Assembly (NCBI GenBank): GCA_030550115.1
Contig: JAUQPY010000013.1
Span: 1-56,257, forward strand
DNA: 56,257 nucleotides
Reading direction: 5' to 3'
DNA from: Candidatus Micrarchaeota archaeon
Lineage (GTDB): Archaea > Micrarchaeota > Micrarchaeia > Anstonellales > J096
A program made the position numbers and the translations under genes. Below, piece by piece: positions 19,323 to 27,353 of the stretch. The notes beneath the pieces were generated by a model. That model did no database searches, was not told where the DNA came from, and saw only the letters and a program-made list of their open reading frames with translations. Position 1 is the first letter of the stretch, and every line of letters starts with the position of its first letter.

Positions 19323-20762
19323 GTGAAATCTAAGATCAGGATAGATTATGGGATTGATCTGATAAGATTCCGCAATCAATCTCTGGAAGCTCAAATACAG
19401 CTATCGATCACAAATCCCCAGCTCTTCTCCTTACTATTAGATACCCTACCAGACAGACTGGATTTCATAAGAGTATATCATAACATTAGAAATCAATTAA
19501 CAAAAGAGCACTATCGACATCTATTAGCAACGTGTAGAGAGGACATACCGAAAGAAATAATTTTAGATTACCGAGCAAGAGACGATCTAGATAATTATGA
19601 TAAAATTATGATCGATTTATATATCTCCTCTCTAAACAATCCCTATCTAAGAGCTCTAGTGAAGAGATTAGGTCCTGATATCTCCATGCGGTATCTTCAA
19701 GAACTTTTAGATATAAGATTCAATCTAGAGCTTCTCAAAGAGAATCCAAATGAATTTATAGATACGGTAATTCTATTAAAAAGACGAATAACAAATTCTT
19801 CGCTTAGACATTTAATATTAGAGTACTCCAGATCAATTACAGATATAACAACTACAATTAGAGTTTTAGAAATCAGAAAAGATATATATTCCAGAGGAAA
19901 TTATAATAAGGATATTATAAATAAGATATTGCTCTTTCCAGAACAGGCAGAAATCCTGATCAATAGAAATCCAAAGATATCAAAAGATCTGTTGCATCTT
20001 GCTCTATTAATGTATGAATTATATGGTGGAGATACTGATATAAAAATAGATTCTATACAGGACATATTTAATCATTGGAGCAGGATTGCTAGAAAAATAA
20101 TTCGTCCAATTAGATTAGCAGCAGACGCAGTAATAGCTGTTGCCGATCAGCTAAATATAGACCCAAATGTTATAGATTCTTATGCTAATGAATATTCTGG
20201 AATAGAGTATAAATACAAGAATAGATTCTTACTTGACGATAAGCTTGTATATAATCGGCTTAATAATCCTGATCTATGGATAGAGGATAAAAAATACGAT
20301 ATAGGATACGTTAATAACATCCGACTCTGGATAGAAGAGATAAGTGACCCAGAAAGAATAGTTATGTTGCAGTATATGTTGGCTGCTAAAATAACGTGTT
20401 TGAGATTAGATGGGGATCCAATTAGAAGGCTACAGCTCTTTGGAACTGCAATAGATCCGAATGTGAAAATATTAGCTCTTTGGAGTGATAGATATTCTAA
20501 GCCACTGAGTAGAATTATATTTAGGATAATAGAGGATTACAGAAATGATATCACCTTCTTAACAAATCTTAATATATACATTTCAAATTATGATGTCAAC
20601 AAAATCATATCTCAAACAGATATGATAGAGATATTTGATAGTTACTTACATTGGAGAGCTAACGATTTAGGAATTGTATATAGACCTGAATTAAAGTATT
20701 TACCTCCTTCGTATTATACCGATCTATCTGGTAGTGTTATAGGAAACTCATATTTTGAGTAG
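19323..20762 (+). CDS. Hypothetical protein (479 aa), ORFan
   Basis: Long ORF with a GTG start in the track, so the true start is uncertain. No recognisable motif. Confidence 0.6.
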   Translation: MKSKIRIDYGIDLIRFRNQSLEAQIQLSITNPQLFSLLLDTLPDRLDFIRVYHNIRNQLTKEHYRHLLATCREDIPKEIILDYRARDDLDNYDKIMIDLYISSLNNPYLRALVKRLGPDISMRYLQELLDIRFNLELLKENPNEFIDTVILLKRRITNSSLRHLILEYSRSITDITTTIRVLEIRKDIYSRGNYNKDIINKILLFPEQAEILINRNPKISKDLLHLALLMYELYGGDTDIKIDSIQDIFNHWSRIARKIIRPIRLAADAVIAVADQLNIDPNVIDSYANEYSGIEYKYKNRFLLDDKLVYNRLNNPDLWIEDKKYDIGYVNNIRLWIEEISDPERIVMLQYMLAAKITCLRLDGDPIRRLQLFGTAIDPNVKILALWSDRYSKPLSRIIFRIIEDYRNDITFLTNLNIYISNYDVNKIISQTDMIEIFDSYLHWRANDLGIVYRPELKYLPPSYYTDLSGSVIGNSYFE

Positions 20763-20793
20763 CATTTTTAAACATAATTGGAATATTAGATTC

Positions 20794-21231
20794 ATGAAAA
20801 AACATAGATTCATGAGTGATGAGGAAAGAGCACAACAGATAGATGCTCTATTCAAGGAAATAAAGATGTCTAATCATAACTACAAAGATGTTAAAGAACC
20901 TGCATCTAAAAAAGTAGAGGTAGTATCCGAAGAGCAATTCAAAAGTAAGTTGATAGATAGAATCGATGTTTATATAAAGCAGATAAATAAGAATTTGGAT
21001 ATCATAGATGAATTCTTGAAACATGGCAAGTCTAATGAGGTATTAACAAACCTCTGGCAAAAGAGTGTTGCTGTAAAATATCTTCTAAGTAACATTAGAT
21101 CTGAAGTAAAGGATCTAAACGACATCAATGGAGGGCATTTCGAGATACAGATCATAGATCTTGAACAACAATCAAGACGGATAAGTAAAGAAATAACTGA
21201 TTTTATGAGATCGATCCTAGAACAAAAATAA
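20794..21231 (+). CDS. Hypothetical coiled-coil protein (~145 aa)
   Basis: The track start 20755 is TTG and overlaps the previous gene; the first ATG (MKKHRF...) is at 20794. Charged heptad-like sequence. Confidence 0.5.
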   Translation: MKKHRFMSDEERAQQIDALFKEIKMSNHNYKDVKEPASKKVEVVSEEQFKSKLIDRIDVYIKQINKNLDIIDEFLKHGKSNEVLTNLWQKSVAVKYLLSNIRSEVKDLNDINGGHFEIQIIDLEQQSRRISKEITDFMRSILEQK

Positions 21232-21232
21232 C

Positions 21233-21574
21233 CTACGGAATATCAGCTAAACCTAGTAGTAATCCATTTCTTATATTTCTGTATAACTCAATAGCCCGCA
21301 TATCTCCATCTCTAATAAGTCTATATAATCTTTTAGCCTCAAGAGACAAATATCCAAATCTATTATAATCTCTGAACACAGCTTCGTGTTCCTTAAGAGC
21401 ATAAACTATGATATCTGTTTTTACAGATCTATATATCTGTAGAGTATTCCAGAGTGTAAGCTCAACTCTATCCCAATCACCTCTATGATGATATACTGTA
21501 TTTGGGACTGATTTAACCACACCTAGTATCGAAGCTCTATCTAATATTATAACTCCTTTGTATCTGATTAACAT
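21233..21574 (-). CDS. Hypothetical protein (113 aa)
   Basis: ORF lying 1 nt downstream of 21576..22187 on the same strand. Confidence 0.5.
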   Translation of the reverse strand: MLIRYKGVIILDRASILGVVKSVPNTVYHHRGDWDRVELTLWNTLQIYRSVKTDIIVYALKEHEAVFRDYNRFGYLSLEAKRLYRLIRDGDMRAIELYRNIRNGLLLGLADIP

Positions 21575-21575
21575 A

Positions 21576-22187
21576 TTAATGATAGGTGATACTATACAAA
21601 CTAATTAACTTTCTCGCAGCTATTTTATAATCTATAATCAGATCTATTATCATATCACCTACTTCTAAATGGAAATCAACAATCTTTTTCGATAGGTCTT
21701 CTAGCTCGCTATGATCTCTGAAGAATTCATATCTAGCTACAAAATCAGGATAGAAATATATTAGTTTAAGCTGATTCGGATCTTCTGTAACATAATTTAG
21801 ATCCAATACTCTTCTGCGTAAATAGGGCATTACATCAATGTGTAATATCCTAGTAGCTCTGAGTATCTCGAGTGGAAGTTCTCCAATAACCTGAACCCCA
21901 TCTTTTGATGGTATTATATTAGGTATTGTAAATATCAGTGCTGGTAATTCTTTTTGGATTTCATTCAGTATTTCAGAGTATTTCTCAGCTCTCATTTTCT
22001 CTTTAGCTTTATCTAGATTAAATAATAGGTTAAATAATAGAGGGAGCCGTTTTATCCATCTCTTTTGATTTAGTGTGTAATCAAAAAACGTACTATTAAG
22101 CTCCTCTTCTATCTTTTTGATACTTATGTGTCTCAAAGATACCTCTAGATTTGATTGTTCTATTCTAGATCTGATTATTTCTAACAT
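21576..22187 (-). CDS. Hypothetical protein (203 aa)
   Basis: ORF transcribed divergently from the large surface protein gene, across the 618-nt repeat-bearing spacer. Confidence 0.6.
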   Translation of the reverse strand: MLEIIRSRIEQSNLEVSLRHISIKKIEEELNSTFFDYTLNQKRWIKRLPLLFNLLFNLDKAKEKMRAEKYSEILNEIQKELPALIFTIPNIIPSKDGVQVIGELPLEILRATRILHIDVMPYLRRRVLDLNYVTEDPNQLKLIYFYPDFVARYEFFRDHSELEDLSKKIVDFHLEVGDMIIDLIIDYKIAARKLISLYSITYH

Positions 22188-22237
22188 CGATATTTTTTGT
22201 ATGTAAATATTTTTAAATAATATTTTCTATTTCTATA

Positions 22238-22250
22238 TTAGAATTTCTAA
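22238..22250. promoter_or_regulatory. Perfect 13-bp palindrome TTAGAA-T-TTCTAA (operator-like), copy 1
   Basis: Lies inside the 18-nt exact repeat ATATTAGAATTTCTAAAA (22235-22252). Its centre is ~57 nt upstream of the start of 21576..22187. Confidence 0.45.
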
Positions 22251-22382
22251 AAATATTTTATCCAATTCGATCAATACAAAAGAGAGTATTTTTTAAATGA
22301 ACAGGGGGGATATTTATACAAAACACCAATTTTTATTTAATAATATTTATTTAGATTTTCTAAATATTTTTTATCCAAATAT

Positions 22383-22646
22383 TAGTTTACCTTAAAAGAA
22401 TACTAATAAGATAGCACCAAAGAACTGTTTATTTTTAAAGTAAACTATAGTAATGATATATCGTAAGGTTCTAAAGATCGAGTTTACTTATAAAGTATGA
22501 AATCATGGGTTTTTTGGTAGTTTTTGATATAAACAGCCCGCTCATTAGTTCAAAACCCACAAAACTCCGATCTGATCATGTTTTGGTATTCTTTAAAAGT
22601 AAACTAACATGCAATATACAGATATAAATACTTTTACAGTAAACTA
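22383..22646. repeat. Five dispersed copies of a 16-nt motif, consensus CTTTTAAAGTAAACTA
   Basis: Copies are at 22383-22398 (-), 22432-22447 (+), 22480-22495 (-), 22591-22606 (+) and 22631-22646 (+). The GTAAACT core is invariant (GTAAACTA in four copies, GTAAACTC in the third). Confidence 0.7.
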
Positions 22647-22739
22647 AAAATTATATTGATGTATTTTTTATAGAAAAATGTTCTTAAATTTCCAATTTCC
22701 TAAATAGATTGCTAGCTCATGATAGATTTACTATTAATA

Positions 22740-22752
22740 TTAGAATTTCTAA
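22740..22752. promoter_or_regulatory. Perfect 13-bp palindrome TTAGAA-T-TTCTAA (operator-like), copy 2
   Basis: Lies inside the second copy of the 18-nt exact repeat (22737-22754). Its centre is ~60 nt upstream of ATG 22806. Confidence 0.45.
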
Positions 22753-22805
22753 AATAAATTTAGAATAAGAAATCTTTAAAAAATGAATAATGTAAAATTG
22801 CAAAT

Positions 22806-25800
22806 ATGATCCTCTTTTTAGCTGTTCTAATAGTATCATTTAGCTATGGCTCATGTAACGTTAATACAGAGCAAGAAATGATTCAGGCTCTGGATTCATG
22901 TGATTTAATATTAGCTGAGAATAATATTGAATTAACCCAACAGATAAATATAGAAAATCGAGATATAATCATAGATATGAATGGGTTCTCTCTAACATCT
23001 TCAGCAGGAGTAGATCTTAATATTGATAATAGTAACATCACTATTCAGAATATGAAAGGTTTCAGCAATTTGGACCTTTTACTATCTTCAGGAGAGTTAT
23101 ACATAAAGAACAGCGAAATATATGTTAACAATAATAATAAATTTCAAATTCGCCAGTTTGGTAAGCTATACATTCAAAACCTAAGTATACTTGGAGATGG
23201 CAGTGATATAGTCGAGTATAGGTTTATATTTGGAATAGGGGATCTAGAAGCTTATAATCTAAAAATAGATGGAATAACAGCTACCTCAGAAAATTATGTT
23301 CCATATGGAATAATACAGCTCTCTAGTCTAATAAATGCTACTTTTGTAAACTCTAGCTTTACAAATATAAGAGCATTTTACAGTATTTTCTATTTGGGTG
23401 GAGCTGGAGGATATGTGGAAAATTTTACCTTGGAAGGCTCGATATTTGAAAACATTAGTGAAGGAGTATTGGAAGTAGCTATAGTAGATGAATCCAGTAT
23501 TTGTAGAATTAGCAATTTTAGAATAGCAAATAATGTCTTTAATAATTTCTTTACTGAAAATAGTATAGGGCTAATGAATTTCATAGGTACTGATATTTAT
23601 ATAGCATGTTCTTCTTCAGATATAAGTTCTACTATTATAGCTAATAATAGTATTGTGGGGAATCTTTTCAATACTAGCGAATGCAATACAGTACTATATT
23701 TTAATATTTTTGGGCAATTTGCTGATAATGTTATTTCAAACAACAGCTTTTACTATGATGATAATACATGTGGAAGAGGATCCAATCGAGTGATAAATCT
23801 AATAGACTATGAATCTATAATTGTTAGAAATAGAATTGAGAATAATCTAATTAGAATCAACTCGGATAATGACTTTTTATATTTATTCCGAAATAATTAT
23901 GCAAAAGTATTTGCAGAAAATTACATATCAAATAATAGTTTGTTCAATAGCTCAATATACATTACTTCCGAGCAATTTATCAATAATACAATAGCTGAGA
24001 ATATAATCTCATCCAAAAGAGGGATTGAATTAGTAGAACCCATTGTTTTGGTACTCTCAATTGGACCTTTTTCAGATTCATATGGATGTATTGATAACAT
24101 AATTTCAGGAAATGTATTCAATGTAGAATCAGATGCAATATCTATAAATTGTGATGTTTTAAAAAATCTGAATATAACTAGGAATGTTTTCTACCAACTT
24201 GATACCAGAACAGATATCCGCAGTATGATAAGTATAAACATAGATCAATTTCTAGAGGAGGAATTTATGAATAATATTATATATGATAACATATTCAATA
24301 TTACTCCAGGATTAGATAAATATTCCATAAAAGTCGGAGGTGCTGGATTTAGCAATTTTTATGATCCAAATTTAGGATGTTTAGAATCATTAGAGCAAGA
24401 AGCTGCTAGACTAATAAGCATGAACATTACAAAAACTCCAGGGAGATCTATAGTTAATAGTATTAATCTCGGGGGAAATTATTGGGCAGATCATAGGGGA
24501 GGAGGATTCTCTGAGACTTGCTCAGATTCAGATAATGACCAGATATGTGATCAGAGATTTGACCTGTATTATAATATATACGATGATATATCCTGCAGAT
24601 TTGGTTCGGATTATTATCCACTTACGCTTGGTAGTCGTGCTGGCTCACCTCCAGACGTAAATATAACTTCTCCTCAGAATGGTATTGAGATAGAATCTAT
24701 AACAGTAGATCTATTTTTCGATATCTGGGATGATGGTGATAGAGTTACTTATGAAATATATGTGAATGGAGAGTTGGAGCGTACGGGAACAGTTATCTTT
24801 GAATATAATGGATATAGTATTACAGATAGGATCGTAGTATCATCTTATCAAATTGGTGTGAGTACTCCAGTGGATATCGAGGTAAGAGTTTATGATGAGG
24901 ATGGAAATACTGCATCAGATTCTATAAGAATATATGTAAATTACGATCCATATCCACCCCCTAGAATCGGTATAATTACAAATAACTCATATTATCTGAA
25001 CAACCCTATTATAGTCTCATATAATATATCCACTAGATCTAGTTTTGGACTTGAGGAATACAGTGTATTTCTAGGTAATCTAGACAATAATAACTACCAA
25101 GAGATTCGAAGACATCGGTTTGATTCAGACCCTCCAGTCTATAACTATAATAATACAATCGACCTGTCTCCTTATATAAGTTCACCTGGTAATTATAGGA
25201 TTAGAATAGAGGCTTACGATAGAATAGGGATCGGGGCTGAGAATTCTTCTGATATAGTGGTTTTAGCTCTAGGAGCAGATGATAATGACATACCAAGACC
25301 TAGTAGTAGAAGGGTAGATTACAACTCACCAAGGGTGGAAATTGAGCAGATTTCAAATACAAACATTTCCAGATCTATAAATATTAGCATTCCTTATAGG
25401 ATAATAGCCGATAGGTATATTGATTACTATGAAATATTTATCAATAGAACATTATATGAAAATGTGAGCTGGAGAGTTTCAGAATATGTAAATGAGGTGT
25501 TGTTACTAAAAAATCTTGGGGAAGGAACCTATTTAGTGGAGATAAGAGCCTATGATGTAGATGGAAGATACGGGAATAATCACACGAGTTTTAGATTGAT
25601 GTTAGTAAGAGAGGAGCCGGATAACAAATCACTAAATATTATTCCAACTAAACCAACTACATATACCATTCCGACTAATAATAATTATAATTTAGATGAG
25701 GGAGATAGCTCTGTTCCTAAGATTCAACAACCAGAAAATAGAGTTCCATCAACCCCTAAGCCTGATTACGGGCAGCAGGATATAGATAAGAATATATTAT

Positions 25801-26090
25801 CTAATACGGAAAACCCAATCACTAATATACCAGTACAAATTATAATATTAATAGTATTCGCCCCAATATCTGCTCTATTAATCCTATCAAGAGTATTAAG
25901 ATATAGTCTGGTAATCAGAGATGAAAAAACTATCATAAAAGTAAGAAATGTTCTTGGATCGCCTATGAAAGGGATAAGAATTGAGGGATTTGATGTTGTG
26001 AGTGATCAGAATGGAGTTATTATATTAAATGTACCTATTGATAGAGTGAAATTCAAAGGATTATGGATAACGATTAGAGATAGAGCTTAG
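22806..26090 (+). CDS. Large surface protein (1094 aa): signal peptide, NosD-like parallel beta-helix, three Ig-like repeats, low-complexity stalk, TM helix, conserved C-terminal tail domain
   Basis: N-terminus MILFLAVLIVSFSYGSC. Periodic N/I/G-rich repeats (IANNSIVGNLFN, ISNNSFYY, ISNNSLFN) and the NosD-type GGNYWADHRGGGFSETCSDSDNDQICD. Three repeats end in ..VRVYDEDGN.., ..IEAYDRIGIG.. and ..IRAYDVDGRYG... TM helix IIILIVFAPISALLIL. Confidence 0.8.
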   Translation: MILFLAVLIVSFSYGSCNVNTEQEMIQALDSCDLILAENNIELTQQINIENRDIIIDMNGFSLTSSAGVDLNIDNSNITIQNMKGFSNLDLLLSSGELYIKNSEIYVNNNNKFQIRQFGKLYIQNLSILGDGSDIVEYRFIFGIGDLEAYNLKIDGITATSENYVPYGIIQLSSLINATFVNSSFTNIRAFYSIFYLGGAGGYVENFTLEGSIFENISEGVLEVAIVDESSICRISNFRIANNVFNNFFTENSIGLMNFIGTDIYIACSSSDISSTIIANNSIVGNLFNTSECNTVLYFNIFGQFADNVISNNSFYYDDNTCGRGSNRVINLIDYESIIVRNRIENNLIRINSDNDFLYLFRNNYAKVFAENYISNNSLFNSSIYITSEQFINNTIAENIISSKRGIELVEPIVLVLSIGPFSDSYGCIDNIISGNVFNVESDAISINCDVLKNLNITRNVFYQLDTRTDIRSMISINIDQFLEEEFMNNIIYDNIFNITPGLDKYSIKVGGAGFSNFYDPNLGCLESLEQEAARLISMNITKTPGRSIVNSINLGGNYWADHRGGGFSETCSDSDNDQICDQRFDLYYNIYDDISCRFGSDYYPLTLGSRAGSPPDVNITSPQNGIEIESITVDLFFDIWDDGDRVTYEIYVNGELERTGTVIFEYNGYSITDRIVVSSYQIGVSTPVDIEVRVYDEDGNTASDSIRIYVNYDPYPPPRIGIITNNSYYLNNPIIVSYNISTRSSFGLEEYSVFLGNLDNNNYQEIRRHRFDSDPPVYNYNNTIDLSPYISSPGNYRIRIEAYDRIGIGAENSSDIVVLALGADDNDIPRPSSRRVDYNSPRVEIEQISNTNISRSINISIPYRIIADRYIDYYEIFINRTLYENVSWRVSEYVNEVLLLKNLGEGTYLVEIRAYDVDGRYGNNHTSFRLMLVREEPDNKSLNIIPTKPTTYTIPTNNNYNLDEGDSSVPKIQQPENRVPSTPKPDYGQQDIDKNILSNTENPITNIPVQIIILIVFAPISALLILSRVLRYSLVIRDEKTIIKVRNVLGSPMKGIRIEGFDVVSDQNGVIILNVPIDRVKFKGLWITIRDRA

Positions 26091-26218
26091 TCCGGAAGTT
26101 AGTTAGATTCTAAATAAATAACAGATCCGTACAAAGCTGTTCCATAGTCATAAAATTTCAAAACTAAATAATCTAAGAGTATTTGAGCTCGTTCTTTTCT
26201 CCCCGTATCTTTAGATAG

Positions 26219-26318
26219 TGCAGGGGGTGGGATTTGAACCCACGCAGCCACGATGGCACCAGATATCACAGTATCCCTCTTGAGTCTGGCCCGTTTGACC
26301 AGGCTCCGGCACCCCTGC
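26219..26318 (-). tRNA. tRNA-Leu (anticodon CAA) with a ~14-nt intron at the canonical 37/38 position
   Basis: The reverse complement is GCAGGGGTGCCGGAGCCTGGTCAAACGGGCCAGACTCAAG[AGGGATACTGTGAT]ATCTGGTGCCATCGTGGCTGCGTGGGTTCAAATCCCACCCCCTGCA. The anticodon stem CCAGA/TCTGG closes only if nt 26265-26278 are removed. Long variable arm, 86 nt after splicing. Confidence 0.85.
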
Positions 26319-26333
26319 TCCCAATTCTATTTA

Positions 26334-27353
26334 TCAAGATTTATTTAAAAATTTCTCATATGTCGATATGTATTCTTTAATAATATTATCAATGTGGAAT
26401 TTGTTAGCAATCTCTTGCATTCTACGGTGATCTATTTCTCCAGCTAATTTTACAGCTCTGATAAATCCTTCACGATCTCTAAAAGTTAGACCAAATTCTC
26501 TTATATAATCTGCTATAGCCGTATTCTCATGAGCTATAACCGGTGTTCCTGAGGCAAGAGCTTCCACACAGACCAATCCTAAAGTGTCAAAATCTGAATT
26601 GAAAACCAATGCATACGCATCTCTGTATAACTCTCTAAGTCTCTCCTCACTAACAAAACCTAAAAACTCCACATCTATTCCATATTCCTGAGCTCTCATT
26701 CTATAGTATTCCATAGCTGGTCCTCTTCCAGCTATGTACAATGGCATAGATATATCTTTCAGATACTCAAATATCCCGTCTATTTTCTTCTCCTTTACTA
26801 GTCTACCTACGTGTAGGAGAAATCTATCTTTTGTATCAGAATAGTAATATCGATTTACATCTATTGGAATAGGTAGAACGTTTACATCTCTAACTCCTAA
26901 TGTATTGAGTCTATGTTTCATCATAGGAGACGGAGATAGTGTGAGATCATATCGATTCAACAGTTCTCTAACATAAACTTCAGCTATCCAACTTGGCATT
27001 TTGATATAGTGAGTAGCTTTGGTTATATCTGTATGGTAATGTCCTATTACTGGTATTTTTTTCCTCCGAGCTAAGAGAATTCCGTATATAGCTGTCAATG
27101 CCAAGCCATGATTGTGTACAAGATCTACATCAAGATCTTTTAACATGTCCGGTATAACTAGCTGGTATTCCTTATAGAAAGGTAGTCTAATCCCTGGAGA
27201 GGGTATGTAATTATCTGGTTTAGGATCAGTATTAGGACCCAATACTACTATTTCATACCCATATGATTCTAAAGCTGGGATTAGCAGATCCAGAGCTCTA
27301 ACAACACCATCCACATTAGGGTGATATGTGTCTGTGGTAAAGAGAATTCTCAT
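26334..27353 (-). CDS. Glycosyltransferase family 1 (GT4-type)
   Basis: MRILFTTDTYHPNVDGVV... N-terminal domain. C-terminal HVGRLVKEKK...GRGP...FNSDFDTLGLVCVEALASGTPVIA has the E-x7-E type region. Confidence 0.8.
   Translation of the reverse strand: MRILFTTDTYHPNVDGVVRALDLLIPALESYGYEIVVLGPNTDPKPDNYIPSPGIRLPFYKEYQLVIPDMLKDLDVDLVHNHGLALTAIYGILLARRKKIPVIGHYHTDITKATHYIKMPSWIAEVYVRELLNRYDLTLSPSPMMKHRLNTLGVRDVNVLPIPIDVNRYYYSDTKDRFLLHVGRLVKEKKIDGIFEYLKDISMPLYIAGRGPAMEYYRMRAQEYGIDVEFLGFVSEERLRELYRDAYALVFNSDFDTLGLVCVEALASGTPVIAHENTAIADYIREFGLTFRDREGFIRAVKLAGEIDHRRMQEIANKFHIDNIIKEYISTYEKFLNKS

Noticed and set aside
22500-22600. Small ORFs inside the 618-nt spacer (for example MKSWVFW*, MIYRKVLKIEFTYKV*)
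   Set aside because: They are only 7-15 codons long with no RBS or conservation evidence, so I treat them as chance ORFs in AT-rich DNA.
15083-26318. Integrated element targeting tRNA-Phe or tRNA-Leu(CAA), with the ORFan block and surface protein gene as cargo
   Set aside because: No integrase was found, and no duplicated tRNA 3' fragment (att site). The only similar strings are the generic T-arm sequences of the other tRNAs. I keep it only as a remark within the ORFan-block finding.
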